DNA of 64,000 nucleotides from the human T2T-CHM13v2.0 reference genome, Homo sapiens. This document shows positions 13,710-30,975 of the stretch, in pieces. Position 1 is the first letter of the stretch; every line of letters starts with the position of its first letter. The notes below the pieces were generated by a model. It was not told the DNA's origin and ran no database searches. It saw nothing but the letters and a program-made list of their open reading frames with translations. The stretch lies in NCBI RefSeq assembly GCF_009914755.1, contig NC_060925.1. The stretch is one strand, 5' to 3'. Both the position numbers and the translations under genes were made by a program.

Positions 13710-14336
13710 GAAAGATGTGTTGCAAAAAGGGCACCAATTCTCTACCTCCACCCGAATCCATCTCCTTTGCCCTGTGACTTTGCAACTCCCTGCATCAACA
13801 GGTGGACTCTTTGGAACAAGGATCTCTGAGGAGAAAAAAAAAAAAAAAGAGGCAGACCCTACTTTCCCACCCCTTAAATCTGAGTGGACTTGTAACTTGC
13901 TTTCGCCAATGGAATCTGGAAGAAGTCATGTAGTGCCAGTTCTGAGCTTAGGCCTTCAGAGACATGAATACTTCTACTATTTCTCTTGGTCTCCTGCCTT
14001 CACTATAAGAACAAGCCTCAAGCCTGAGACAGCTGGAGGATGAGTGACAAGGTGGAAGAGAGCTATACCATCCCAACTGTCCCAGCCAAGATCATCATGG
14101 ACCCGCCTATAGCCAGCAGATCTCCAAACATGTGAGAGAGCCCAGGCAAGAGCAGCAGAGATATCTACCTGTCCACAGCTGACTGCAGACACATTAGTGA
14201 GACCAGCTGAATGAGAAGAACTGTCGAGCCAATTTGAAGACTCTTGAGCAATAATGAATGCTTATTAATTTAAGCTACTGAGCTTTGGTATGGTATGGTA
14301 TTATGCCGCAATATTATGGCATTTAATAACTAATAC
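13710..14336 (+). mobile_element. MLT1-family MaLR LTR
   Basis: CCTTTGCCCTGTGACTTTGCA ... TAATAACTAATACA termini typical of MLT1. Confidence 0.65.
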
Positions 14337-14859
14337 AGGGTCATTTGCTGACAGATGAAATTTAACTTCAGTTTTCATGATCTCTCAGGGCACCAGAGAT
14401 AAAAGATAAAACCCGAGTCTGCCCAAGATGGTCACATACTCCCCTGCATAAGCTTAGAACCCCAAAGGGCTGTACTCTCAATGTACAGGAGAGCTAGAAA
14501 AAACCTCATCCCCAAACCTAGGAAATTGTAAGAAAATTGCAAGCTTTAAACCTTGGCAGTAGTAATGAGTGTAGGAAGGAAGAATCACCTCCTGAGTATC
14601 CATTACTACGAGTTAAATTTCACATCACATGCAGTCAGATCCACTCTACCTAAAGGATCTGGAAAAACTCAAGCCAAGAATTTGGTATAAAATGTACCAG
14701 ATTGGTAGTGCCTCAGGTGCCCAGCAGAAGCAAATGTAAATCTTTGTCTCAGGCCTCAAATAATTTCCACAGATAAAATTCCAAAGAAAATGAATAACTC
14801 ACAGTTAAATGTCTGTCACTGAACACACAAGGAAACATGGCACTGTAAATAAGAAACAA

Positions 14860-15373
14860 TGTGATTGTTCATTTTTATGTGTCAACTTGACTGGGTTAAG
14901 GGATACTCAGATAGCTGGTAAAACATTATTTCTCGATATGTCTGTGAGGGTGTTACCAGAAGATATCAGCATTTGAATCAGTAAACTGAGTACAGATCTG
15001 ACCTCATCAGTGTAAGCAGGCATCATCCAATCCATTGAGGTCCCAAATAGAGCAAAAAAGGCAGAGCAAGGCAAAGTTGCTTTCTTCTTGAGCTGGGACA
15101 TCCATCTTCTCCAGCCCTCGGACATCAGAGCTCCTGGTTCTCAAGCCTTCAGGCTCAAACTGAGAGTTATACCATTGTCTGCCTCAATTCTCAGGCCTTT
15201 GGGCTCAGGCTGAATTACACCACTGGCTTTCCTGGTTTTCCAGCTTTCAGACAGTGTATCGTGGGACTTCTTGGCCTTCATAATTGTGTGAGCCAATTCC
15301 CCTGATAAATCCCCTTCCATATGTCTACATATAGACCACTGGCTCTATTTCCCTGGAGAACCCTAACTGATAC
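14860..15373 (+). mobile_element. MLT2 (ERVL) solo LTR
   Basis: TGTG...TTTATGTGTCAACTTGACTGGG start; CTGGAGAACCCTAACTGATACA end. Confidence 0.85.
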
Positions 15374-16359
15374 AACCAGCAAAAACAACACATAGTAGAA
15401 AAATACCTGCAAATAACAACTAATAGTATTATGAGACACAGAATATAAAATAACTATGTTGAGTATATTTAGAGAAATAAAATAATCTTGCTCCTTTGAC
15501 TTATTTTTCTTGTCTTATTGTGCTGGCTGGGTCCTAGAGTACAATGTTGGATAGAAGCAGTGATGGTGGGTGTATTTGTCATGTTCATAACTTTAATGTT
15601 TCTGACAGTTCTTCTTTAGGATGACATTTATTATAGGGTTTTTGGAGACCCGTCTTGATCAGGTGAATGAAGTTCCACTTTATTTCTAATTTACTGAGAG
15701 TTTTTGTCAAATGTATGTTGAAATTAATCAAAGGCTGGATCTTTTCACTTGATCATATAATGTGTTCAATTATATTTAGAGATTTTCCTAATATTAAATT
15801 TTACTTTCCTGGGATAAACCCAACTCACTCATAGAGTGTTATGGTTTATTTTACATAGACAATATCATCAGATTCAATCAGCAAATATTTTGTTTTGGAT
15901 TTTTGCATCTATATTAATAAACAAAAATAAGCCTGAATTTTCCTCTTTGTTTTCTGTGATTTGGCATCTAGGTTAGTCTAGCCTTGTAGAATGAGTTAGG
16001 GGAGTATTACCTGTTTTCTTTTCTTTTCTTTTTTATCTTTTTTTGAGACAGAGTTTCAAAGTTGCTCAGGCTGGAGGGCAATGGTGCAATCTCGGCTGAC
16101 CACAACCTCCGCCTCCAGGGTTCAAGCGATTCTCCTGCCTCGGCCTCCCTAGTAGCTGGGATTACAGGCACACCACCATGCCCAGCTAATCTGTAGCCGT
16201 GCCCAACCACCTCTTTTCTTTTTCTCTGAAAAAGTTTGTATAAGACTGGAATTATCTGATATTTGTAAGTTTTTGTGAGATTTGTGTAAGACATGTGTTT
16301 CATCTGTAGAACTGGTGTTTATAATTTTTTTTCCTAGTGCTTCTATTTCCTTAACAGGA

Positions 16360-16746
16360 TGTATTAGTCCATTCTCACACTGCTGTAAATTATCCAGTTC
16401 TCACCCAAGACTGGGTAATTTATGAAGAAAAAAGGCTTAATTGACTCACAGTTCTGCAGGCTGTACAGAAAGCATGACTGGAAGCCCGCAGGAAACTTCC
16501 AATCACGGTAGAAGGCAAAGGGGACTTGAGCACGTCTTCACATGTAGGAGCAGGAGAGAGAGAGCAAAGGGGGAAGTGCTATACACTTTTAAACAGCCAG
16601 ATCTTGTGAGAACTCACTGTCATGAGAATAGCAAGGGGGAAATCCACTCCCATCTTCCAATCACCTCCCACCAGGCCCCTCCCCCAACACTGCGGATTGT
16701 AATTCAACATGAGATTTGGGTGGGGACACAGAGTCAAACCATATCA
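16360..16746 (-). mobile_element. MSTA/THE1-type MaLR solo LTR
   Basis: TGTATTAGTCCATTCTCACACTGCT...CAAACCATATCA; 5-bp TSD CAGGA. Confidence 0.85.
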
Positions 16747-16986
16747 CAGGACTATCTAAACTACTAGTTCAGGCTTTCTATTTTTTAACCACTTCTAATA
16801 GGTTATATTTTTAAAGGATATGTCTATTTTGTCTAAGTTTTCAAATGTATTGCCATAAAGTTATTATAAAATTATTTTATCATTTAAATCTCTGCTTTAC
16901 CTATAATTATGTCCTCCTTTATAATATGTATTTGCACCTGCTTTCTTTTTCTTGATTCACATTGCCAGAGATCCATATTTTAATCA

Positions 16987-17308
<322 letters not shown>

Positions 17309-17591
17309 TCAAGTGTGGCGGCTCATGCCTGTAATCCTAGCACTTTGGGAGGCTAAGGTGTGAGGATTGATCGAGCTCAGGAGTTCAAGACTAGCATGGG
17401 CAACATAGTGAGACCCTGTCTCTATTCAAAAAGAAAAAGAAAAAGAATCAAATGCTTAGCTTCTTAACTTTGTTGATCTTCTCTGTTGTATCTTTTCTAA
17501 TTTGTTGATTCTGCTCCCATTTTTATTATCTACTTCCTTCTACGTTCTTTGGGTTTACTCATTCTTTAAGTAACTGCTTAAGTTGAAAATA

Positions 17592-17822
17592 TAATTCCTT
17601 AATTTTCAGCTTTTCTTCTTTTTTAATATAAATATGTAAGGCTATAAACTATCTTTAAAGAACAGTTTTAATTCCTTAATTTTCAGCTTTTCTTCTTTTT
17701 TGGTATAAATATGTAAGACTATAAACTATCTTTAAAGAACTGTTTTAATTCCTTAATTTTCAGCTTTTCTTCTTTTTTAATATAAATATGTAAGGCTATA
17801 AACTATCTTTAAAGAACTGTTT
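17592..17822. repeat. Tandem repeat, 3 x 77 bp, near-identical
   Basis: TAATTCCTTAATTTTCAGC... copies start at 17592, 17669 and 17746. Confidence 0.95.
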
Positions 17823-18364
17823 TCACTGCATCTCATATGTTTTCATTATCATTTAGTTCCAAGTATTTTTAAATTCATATTATGATTTTTTTGACCTATG
17901 AGTTATTTGGAAGTGTATTTTTCATTTCTAGATAGTAATATTTAGTTTATATTTTTGTTGTTAACTTCTAACTTAATTGAATTGTGATCAAAGAATCTTG
18001 CCTGTATGGTACTTATTCTTTGAAGTTTGTTGAAACTTGCTCTGTGACTAGTATATGATCAAAGTTTGTAAATGTTCTGTGTGTGTGCGTAGCTGTCCGT
18101 CTCCAAGGTGGCTTCATTTACTCTCATCTCGTTGTATGTCTGACCTTGGGTAGCCTCCTCCCACATTGGATAATAGGGATAACATGTACAAGCAATAGAA
18201 TTTGCAGAAATGACAGTGTATGACTCCTTAGGCTAGATCATAAAATACATTGCAGCTTTCACCTTGCTGTCTGAGGTAGCTCAATAGCTAACTCTGGGAA
18301 GCCAGCTGCCATGTCATGAAGACATTCAAGCAGACCTACATGGGGAGGAAGTGAGCCCTCCTTC

Positions 18365-18865
18365 TGAGGTAGGAGGTGGGACTCAACTCCAGAGGTGGGG
18401 ACACGGGACCAAATAGACAACTAGCTAAAACAGGGCTGCGGTAGAAGCAGCTTTCTATAAGACATGCCCCCCGCAGTGTGCCATGTCAGTTTACCATTGC
18501 CATGGCAATATCCAGATGTTACTGCCCCTTTCCATGGCAATGACCTGACCTGGCAATGAATCCAGAAGTTAACACCCTTTTCCTAGAAATTTCTGCATAA
18601 CCTGCCCCCTAATTTGCATATAATTAAAAGTAGGTATAAATATGAGTGCAGAACTGCCTCTGAGCTGCTACTCTGGGCACACTGCCTGTAGGGTAGCCCT
18701 GCTCTTCAAGGAGCAGCAGCTCTGCTGCTACTGTGCAAGGCCACTTCAATAGAAGTTACAAGTTGCTGTCTAACCACCACTGCTAGACCTTGAATTCCTT
18801 CCTGGGTGAAGCCAAGGACCCTCCTGGGCTAAGCCCCAATTTGGGGGCTCATCGGTCCTGCATCA
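18365..18865 (+). mobile_element. ERV1 solo LTR (MER66/MER41 group) inserted in an MLT1 LTR (~18085-19110)
   Basis: TGAGGTAGGAGG...CCTGCATCA termini, internal TATAAA, 4-bp near-TSD CTTC/CCTC. Confidence 0.7.
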
Positions 18866-19973
18866 CCTCCAGCCATTAGCACCAACCTGGTGATTATGTG
18901 AGTGAGTCAGTTTGACAGCAGATCCTTCAGCTCCAGTCAAGCCATCAGATGACTGCAGCTCCTGACAACATCTCTCCGAATTTCATGAGAAATCTTAAGC
19001 CAAAATCACCCAACTAAGCCACTCCTAAATTCTGACCCACAGAATCTGAGAAATAATAAATACTTGTAGTTGTTTTACACTACCAAGTTTCTGCAGCAAT
19101 TGGACAACCAAGACAATTCTGAAGATTTTGTAGTCTCCAACTGTAAGAAGCAGAATTATGTATATGTTAAGTCTCTGTTTTTCAATTTCATTGTTCATAT
19201 CTTCAACATATTTACTAAATTTCTATCTGTTTGACCTATCAACAACTTTTAAAATGTATTGAAATCTCCCACCATGGTGGAGGATTGTCTACCTCTTGTC
19301 TTTTGTAGCCCTATCAAATTTTCTTTATATATTTTAATTCTATTTTATTAGGTGCACACATATTGGGATTAAAAAGGCAAAAATAAAGCTATCATTATTT
19401 TCAGATGACATAATAATTAACTAGAAAATAAAAAAGAATCTAAACAAATTGTTAGAGTACTTGTATTTAGCAAGGAGTCTGGATAAAATATCAATATACA
19501 AAAGTCATTTGCATGTTTATATTTGCACAATAATAAAACATAATTTTAAAAGTATACCATTTACAATCATTACAAAAAATTATATATTAATAATAAATAT
19601 AATAAAAGATTAATAAAATTATGAATATTTACTGATATTCATTTTAAAAGACTTAATAAATGGAGAAATATTTCACATTCATGGATTAAAAAATTATAAT
19701 TTGCAATGATGTCAGTTCTTCCAATATTAATCCCTAGATTCAATGCAATTTCAATCAAAATACATGCAATTTGATAACCTGATTCTGAAATTAGTATGAA
19801 AAAGTTAAGAATCAAGAACTAAGTTACAATTTTTTAACTTTTTATCATGACAAGTTTCAAACATATTTTTTAAATAAAATAGAAAAATATCTCCCCATGT
19901 ATTTGTTACCCAGATTCAATTATTATAAACTCTTAGCCAATGTTGTCTAATCCATATATATATATATATATAG

Positions 19974-20084
<111 letters not shown>

Positions 20085-20513
20085 TGAGTAGCTAGGACCA
20101 CAGGTGGGCACCACCATGCCCAGCTAATTTTTGTATTTTTAGTAGAGACGGGGTTTCACCATGTTGGCCAGGCTGGTCTCAAACTCCTGACCTCAGGTGA
20201 TCCACCTGCCTTGGCCTCCTAAAGTGCTGGGATTACAAATGTGAGCTACCATGCCCAGCCGTAATCTATACTTTCTACTCTTCCTCTCTTTGTACTATTT
20301 TGAAGCAATTGCTAAACATTGTACTTTATCAATAAATATTTTAGTAGCTATCTCTATAATAAAAAAATTTTTGATAAACATAATCACAATACCATTACAT
20401 CTAAAAATTTTAATAATTTCTTAATATCATAATAATCATTAAATATCTAGTTAAATATCCAATCAAATTTCTCTGATTTTTCTTATACATTATAATCAAT
20501 TGATGTAATCTAA

Positions 20514-20810
<297 letters not shown>

Positions 20811-21406
20811 TAAGTCTTTTTTAATCTGTAGATTCCCTCCTTCTTTTTTATTCCAGCAATTGTATTTGTTGAAGAAACCAAATCGTTTATCCTGAGAATT
20901 TCCCAGTTTGGATTTTGCCTCTGAAGTTTTATCATATTTCTCTATCCCCTATATTTCCTGTAAACTTGTAATTAGTTTTAGTGGTTTGCTCAGATACAGG
21001 TTCAATTTTTGGGCAAGATTTCATTAGTAGTGTTGTATATTTCCATTAGTAGATATATACATCTTTTGAGTAATGGTTACATAGATATACATACAGGTAA
21101 ATTTTCATCAATCAATACATTTAAGGTTGTACATTAGGTTGTATATATTAAGATCTATACCTTTAAGATGCACTTTAGTATGTGTCTTTTTTAACTCAAT
21201 AAAAATGAAAAAAGTAATAATTTGGTTCCCTTGCATATTACAAAGGTGACTAATAAGGATTTTGTGGGGTTTTCTTTGGTAAAGTTATAACTTTTTTTTT
21301 TTTTTTGAAACAGGGTCTTACTCTGTCGCCCAGGCTGGAGTACAGTGGCACAATTATGACTCACTGAGGTCTCAACCTCCCAGGCTCAGAAGCTCCTCCT
21401 GCCTGA

Positions 21407-21598
<192 letters not shown>

Positions 21599-22160
21599 TA
21601 ATGAACTCATGCATTTAAACATGTTTGATATATTTTAATCCATTGAAGGTATTCTTCTATTATGCTCTATTTTTCCCAAATTTGACCAAAGGTAGCTTAA
21701 GTTGGCTGCTGGGTCCTTCACAAGCCCATATTTGGTAGTTTCCTTGCTTTTTAATACAAGAAAGCATTTCAATTAATTTTGTGCATTTTCTGTACAAAAT
21801 AGCCATTTTTTCCAAGGATTTAGAATGCTTTTAATTCAAAATGGTATTAAAAGCTCCAAACTGGGTACTAGGAGATCTCATTAATTAACCTAAACACTTC
21901 TGAAGAAGAATAAAGAGGTGTTATTTGCCTTATCAGGATCAGGACTTATTAAAAAGATATAGCATCAAGACCATGTGATGCTGGCTCAGAGAGACAACAT
22001 GATCAGTACAATAGACTAGAGAGCTCAAAAACATATTTATATGGAGAACTTAGGTATGTAACAGAGGCAGCATGGCAGATAAGTGGAAAAAGTAGGGGAA
22101 AGGATTACCCATTTGGAAAAGTAATTAATTGAATTCCTACTTCACACAATACACAATTCA

Positions 22161-22511
<351 letters not shown>

Positions 22512-22530
22512 TTAATAAATAAAAAGAAGT

Positions 22531-23178
<648 letters not shown>

Positions 23179-24930
23179 AGAAGTATAGGCAAATGTCTTT
23201 CTGACCTTGAATTAAGAAGATTTTCTTAAACAAGTTGAAAAAAAGAAAAGGACTATCTAGGAATGAAAAGCTGGATACCTTTGACTATATTAAAGTTAAG
23301 AACTTCTATTCATAAATCATCTTAAAGAAAGTGAAAAGACAAACTATAAATGGGGAGGAGATATTTGTAACATACGTAACTGACCAAGAATCAGGATCTA
23401 GGATTTTTTTTAATATGAACTCCTTCAAATCAATAAGAAAAAGGCAATCAAATAGAAAAATGCATGATACATAAGATACATAAGCAAGATACATAAGCAG
23501 GCACTTCTCAGAGAAAACACATATAGCAGATACATGCTTGAGGACATGCTCAAATTTATTAGTAACAAGGGAAATGCAAATGAAGACCAGAATGAGAAAC
23601 CAATGTGCTCTCATCAGATTGGCAAAAATTAAGAAATCTGACAATCTCAACTGTTGGACAGAATGTGAATCAACAGGATTTCTTACACATTTTTTGGTGG
23701 TGTATAGATTAGAATAAGCATTTTAAAATAATTTGGCTTGCAAAGTTTGCCATTCATAGTCCCTCAAGGATAACATGCAAAGTTTTAACAACCAGTACCA
23801 CACGGGACTGACCAAGCAGAACAGATCCAGCCAAACCAGATGCTAGCCGACTACTAATCTTTCATACACTTAAAACTTAGCATTTCACCCCTAGTTATTA
23901 ATATGTACCCAATGGAACTTCTGCTCATATTTAATCAAGAGACAGATACAAGAATATTCATAGCAAGATTGTTCGTGGTAGGGGAAAGAAAACTAGAAAC
24001 AACCAAATGCCTGCTAACAAAAGAATGGATAAAATAGTCACAGAATAGTCACACAATGAAATATTATATAGAGCATGCAAAAATATGAATAAATCTAAGT
24101 GAATATAACATTGAGGTTTTTTCTGAAAAGTCCTAGAAGATTATATATACCATAAAGTGACTAAAACTGAATAATATTTAGGCCACATATACATTTGATA
24201 AAACTATAAAAACAAAGGGAATGTAAATCACAAATTTGGTAAAAGGCGAAAGATTTATACAATTTGAAGAGAAACCAGAGTGTAAATCACAAATTTGGAA
24301 AGGAGGAGGCAGAGTTGTAGGATAGGGGAGAGTTGGGGAGAGTACTCTTGCAGCTCTTGGGTTGGGTGGTGGGAATCTAGGCATTTATTACATTCTTTTA
24401 CAAATGTCTGCAGATATATACTCATACACAAATAAGAGGTCCATGTGCACTGATGACAGTGAACCATAAACCAAGAATTATGATTTATCCAGTTCTATGA
24501 ATCTTAAGTCCATTAAAAAATAAAAGACAAAATATGAGCAGAAAACAGAAAATTTTAAAGAATGACCAAGCAAATAAGGAAAGGACCTAAATGGAACATC
24601 TAGAAGTGAAAAATATAACTGAAACATAAAACTCAATAAATTGGTTTTACAGCCAACTGGAAGCAGGTGCTAATAGAATCAAAGAGCAAGAAGAGAGAGC
24701 TGAAAAATACACACAAAAAGCATCCTAGAGAGAGACTGTGAGAGACAAGTTAAGAAGGGAACATGAAACAGTCCAAGGTATGTCTAATCGGAAGCCCAAA
24801 AAAGAGGGAGAGAATGGAGCAGGAGCAATACGTGGAGAGACAAGGGCTGATGATTTTCCAGAACTGATGAAGATATCAAGCTATGGACGCCCAACAAATT
24901 TCAAGTAGAATAATTAAAAGGAAATCCAGA

Positions 24931-26713
<1,783 letters not shown>

Positions 26714-28287
26714 TAGGCCATGGCTAGCCAAGCCATAAATCTGCATACTCAGAACCCAACCATTCAGGGAAGGGCCTCTCCACAGTGGCAGTTGACTCCA
26801 ATCATTGCCATGTGCCATTGTTAGTGGAATTGAAATGCTGCTGCTTTGGCTTGATGCCTGAGATTAAAGTTATCTCTTGTGAAATGGAGAGAATGATTTT
26901 TCTGTGTTATGCTCAGTTGGAGAAGTCCTGCAGTGAAATTGCCTGAGCTGTTAGTTATATGGCTCTTTTTCTCATTGCCATGGACATCCAGGCAGGGACT
27001 CCATAACCTCAGGCCCTAATAATTTCACAAGAGTCAAACTCCTGCTGTAACTCTATCCCTGCTGATGTTATCACCACCACCACCACTACGAACCAATGAA
27101 GCAAGAACGCAGCCATGCCACATGCAGGTGGAGCGGGAATTCGGCCGTAGCCTGAAGGCCATGGAACTTGGAGGCTGCATTGCATTCAAGGGAGAAGGTT
27201 TGTGTTTTTGCTCCTTGGAAGTAAGAAAGAGATGCTCCCTTTGAGGAGTACTCAGTGGAAGAGAGGAGGGGATCGTAGTAAGGTTGACTGAACCTCATTA
27301 CGTTTTAGAGATCAGTGGTTTCATTCTTTCAACTCAAACTCATAACCCATGTCTCCCAGGGTGCACATCTACCACTGGAGTGACCAAATTTAAATTATCT
27401 CCAGTATCAGCCTCTGTCTTACACCTGGAACCAGCACTCCGTTCCATTACTTACGATCTATTGCTAGAGTTGGTTCATGTGCCAACTCCTTCTATTTATA
27501 GTGAGTCTCCCTCACTGACTTCTGATCTCCTTCTCTGCCCGCCGGCTTCTGTTGGGGTCACCCGCAGTCCATAGTCATATTTGTATATGTCTGAAATAGG
27601 TCAGGACTTCTCTTCAGAGATTACTCAGGTCTTATGTAAATCGTAAATACAAATGGATACAAAGGGAAGAGATTTGCCTAACTTTTCTCCGAAAGACCTG
27701 AGCCCTAATTTGTACCTAATCATGGCATTCTGTTACATTTATATAATTTAAAGCAGTTTTAGAGGTACATTTTTAAAGTACATTTTTCATTTTTAATGAA
27801 TTAAATTTTTAAAATTTAGTTTTATTAAATTGTAATTGCATTGTATATGTATATAGATGTGTATATATATCTGCATACAGTGCATAAATTAGAAGTGTAC
27901 AATTTGATAACTATGTCACAAAGTAAACATATGCCTGTCACCAACCCTGATCAAGAAACAGAACATTATCAGTATGCATGTATATGTTCAAATAAGAAGG
28001 ACTTGGTGGTAGGAGAAAGAAGAGCCCAAGATCATCCCAGAGTTTGGCTTGGATGACTGAGCGGATTGTGGTGCCATTCACTAAAATAAGAAACACAGGA
28101 GGGAAAGGAGGTATGGAGGAGAAAATTATAAGTTTGATTTTGAACATGAGTTGAAGATGCCTATGGAACATGTAAAATAATATTTCTAGTACTCGGTTGG
28201 AATTATGGGATTAGAACTCCAGGGGAATGTTGGGGCTGGATAGGTAGATTTGATGACAAACACGTTTTTGTGCTTCTCCCAGACTTA

Positions 28288-29448
28288 AGAGAGACGGGGT
28301 TTCGCCGTGTTGGCCGGGCTGGTCTCCAGCTCCTGACCTCGAGTGATCTGCCCGCCTCGGCCTCCCGAGGTGCCGGGATTGCAGACGGAGTCTCGCTCAC
28401 TCAGTGCTCAATGTTGCCCAGGCTGGAGTGCAGTGGCGTGATCTGGGCTCGCTGCGGCCTCCACCTCCCAGCCGCCTGCCTTGGCCTCCCAAGGTGCCGA
28501 GATTGCGGCCTCTGCCCGGCCGCCACCCCATCTGGGAAGTGAGGAGCGTCTCTGCCTGGCTGCCCATCGTCTGGGATGTGAGGAGCCCCTCTGCCCGGTC
28601 GCCCAGTCTGGGAAGTGAGGAGCGCCTCTTCCCAGCCACCATCCCATCTAGGAAGTGAGGAGCGTCTCTGCCCGGCCACCCATCATCTGGGATGTGAGGA
28701 GGCCCTCTGCCCGGCCCAGTCTGGGAAGTGAGGAGCACCTCTTCCCGGCTGCCACCCCATCTGGGAAGTGAGGAGCGTCTCTGCCTGGCCGCCACCCCGT
28801 CCAGGAGATGGGGGGCAGCCCCGCCTGGCCAGCCGCCCCGTCCGGGAGGTGGGGGGGCGCCTCTGCCCGACCGCCGCGTCTGGGAAGTGAGGAGCCCCTC
28901 TGCCCAGCCGTCACCCCGTCTGGGAGGTGTACCCAACAGCTCATTGAGAACGGGCCATGATGACGATGGCAGTTTTGTCGAATAGAAAAAGGGGGAAATG
29001 TGGGGAAAAGAAAGAGAAATCAGATTGTTACGGTGTCTGTGTAGAAAGAAGTAGACATAGGAGACTCCATTTTGTTCTGTACTAAGAAAAATTCTTCTGC
29101 CTTGGGATGCTGTTAATCTATAACCTTACCCCCAACCCCGTGCTCTCTGAAACATGTGCTGTGTCCACTCAGGGTTAAATGGATTAAGGGCGGTACAAGA
29201 TGTGCTTTGTTAAACAGATGCTTGAAGGCAGCATGCTGGTTAAGAGTCATCACCACTCCCTAATCTCAAGTACCCAGGGACACAAACACTGCGGAAGGCC
29301 GCAGGGTCCTCTGCCTAGGAAAACCAGAGACCTTTGTTCACTTGTTTATCTGCTGACCTTCCCTCCACTAATGTCCTATGACCCTGCCAAATCCCCCTCT
29401 CCGAGAAACACCCAAGAATGATCAATAAATACTTAAAAAAAAAAAAAA
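28288..29448 (+). mobile_element. SVA retrotransposon, 5'-truncated (older A/B-like subfamily)
   Basis: Alu-like domain, GC-rich VNTR (TCTGGGAAGTGAGGAGC units, ~28520-28930), SINE-R, AATAAA and polyA; no CCCTCT hexamer. Confidence 0.95.
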
Positions 29449-30109
29449 GGTATTCTGGACAATTCGCCAGTCAGTTGTTAGACTGTTGGTAGCTTGGCCC
29501 AGCCACGGTGCAATATTTACACCATGAGCATTGGCAATGGCTATGGCTCAGAGCTCTGAATTTTTCTGGAGAGCTGGTTTGTCACCTCACCAGGCGCTCA
29601 CCAGCCATGCTATTCTGTAGCCACTCACTCATCTGGACGTCCCAGTGAGGACAAGGTCCAGTGCGTATGTGAGGTGGACACAGCAGGCTGCATGCTGCGG
29701 ATTGTGGGGAAAACAGAGCGAGTGTTAGAGTGTGTGTGTTTAGATGTGTGTGGAAAGCCTCTTAGAGGAGACACAGTGCCCAGGACCGGATGCTGCCTTG
29801 GAACGCAAAGGCAGTGGGAATGAGCGAGAGAAACTCACTTTTTCTATATATCCTTTTGTAGTCTTTGAATTGTTTCCACATTCCAATTTTTTTTAATGTA
29901 AAAGACAATAAAACAGAAAAATCTTTTTTCAGAAAAAAAAACAAAAACAAAAACAAACAAACAAAAAAAACAGATGAACCCAGCCAGTAGCCTCTTTGAA
30001 TTGAGGCAAAAGGAGTCTATCTCTGGTTCCTGTGCTTTAGAGGGCCTTACATCACACACACATACACACACACCACAATTTATTAAAGAACACATCGATA
30101 TCTGTCTCT

Positions 30110-30975
30110 CTGAATCCAGAGCTGTTGAAATTGTATCTAATAATTATATCTAAAAAAGGCTTAAAAATAGCAACAATTGAGAGTATTAAATGAATATAAG
30201 CTTTGATATAAAACGTTGCCATGATATTCTTAAAAGAATAATGTTATGTTTTGATATTTAGCCAACAAAAGCACATTATTTCCAGGAAAGAAAAATATCT
30301 ATTTTCTAGCTTTAGTGGAAAAGATTTTGAAATTTGATGATAGAATGGACAAACATGTAAAATGGATAAAAAAGTAATGATAAACAATCACTGTCTGAGA
30401 TGGCGAGTTCAAAATGAAATTAATAGTTTAACGGGCAACATAGTGAGAGAAGAAATAACAGTCGGCCCTCTGTATCCACAGTTCTGCATCCGAGGATTGA
30501 ACCAACCAAGGATCGAAAATATTCAGGAAAAAAATGAATGGTTGTGTCTGCACTGAACATACACAGACTTTTTTCCTTGCCATTATTACCTAAACAATAC
30601 AATATAACAATTATTTATATAACATTTACCTTGCATTAGATATTATAAGTAATCTGGAGATGATTTAAAGTACACAGGAGGATGTGCATAGGTTACATGC
30701 AAATACTATGCCATTTAATATCAGGGACTTTCGCATTTGCAGATTTTGGTATCCAAGAGGGTTCTGGAACCAGCCTCCCACGGATACCAAGGAACCACTG
30801 CATACGTAAAATTTCAAAATGTAACTATTACTCCATTCAACTAGATTGTGCAGGAACCAGAGTCATGTTGAACAACTAACTTTAATATATATAATGTGAA
30901 CTACCAGAAGAAAATATGGAAGTCAAAAATAATTAGCACATCATTAGTTTTATGCTTGCTGTAAGAAATACAAGA
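30110..30975 (+). mobile_element. hAT-Tip100 (Zaphod-like) transposase fossil, N-terminal part
   Basis: Decayed translation HDILKRIM / YFLALVEKILKFDDRMDKH / VQNEINSLTGNIVREEI / NYYSIQLDCA / SHVEQLTLI matches hAT-Tip100/ZMYM1-type transposase motifs. Confidence 0.7.
30459..30800. mobile_element. MER2 (TcMar-Tigger) MITE inserted in the hAT fossil
   Basis: CAGTCGGCCCTCTGTATCC ... GGATACCAAGGAACCACTG terminal inverted repeats. Confidence 0.85.

Noticed and set aside
28270-28985. Repetitive ORFs and regularly spaced repeats resembling a CRISPR-like array (also 48238-49020)
   Set aside because: These are SVA VNTR units flanked by Alu-like and SINE-R domains; there are no unique spacers
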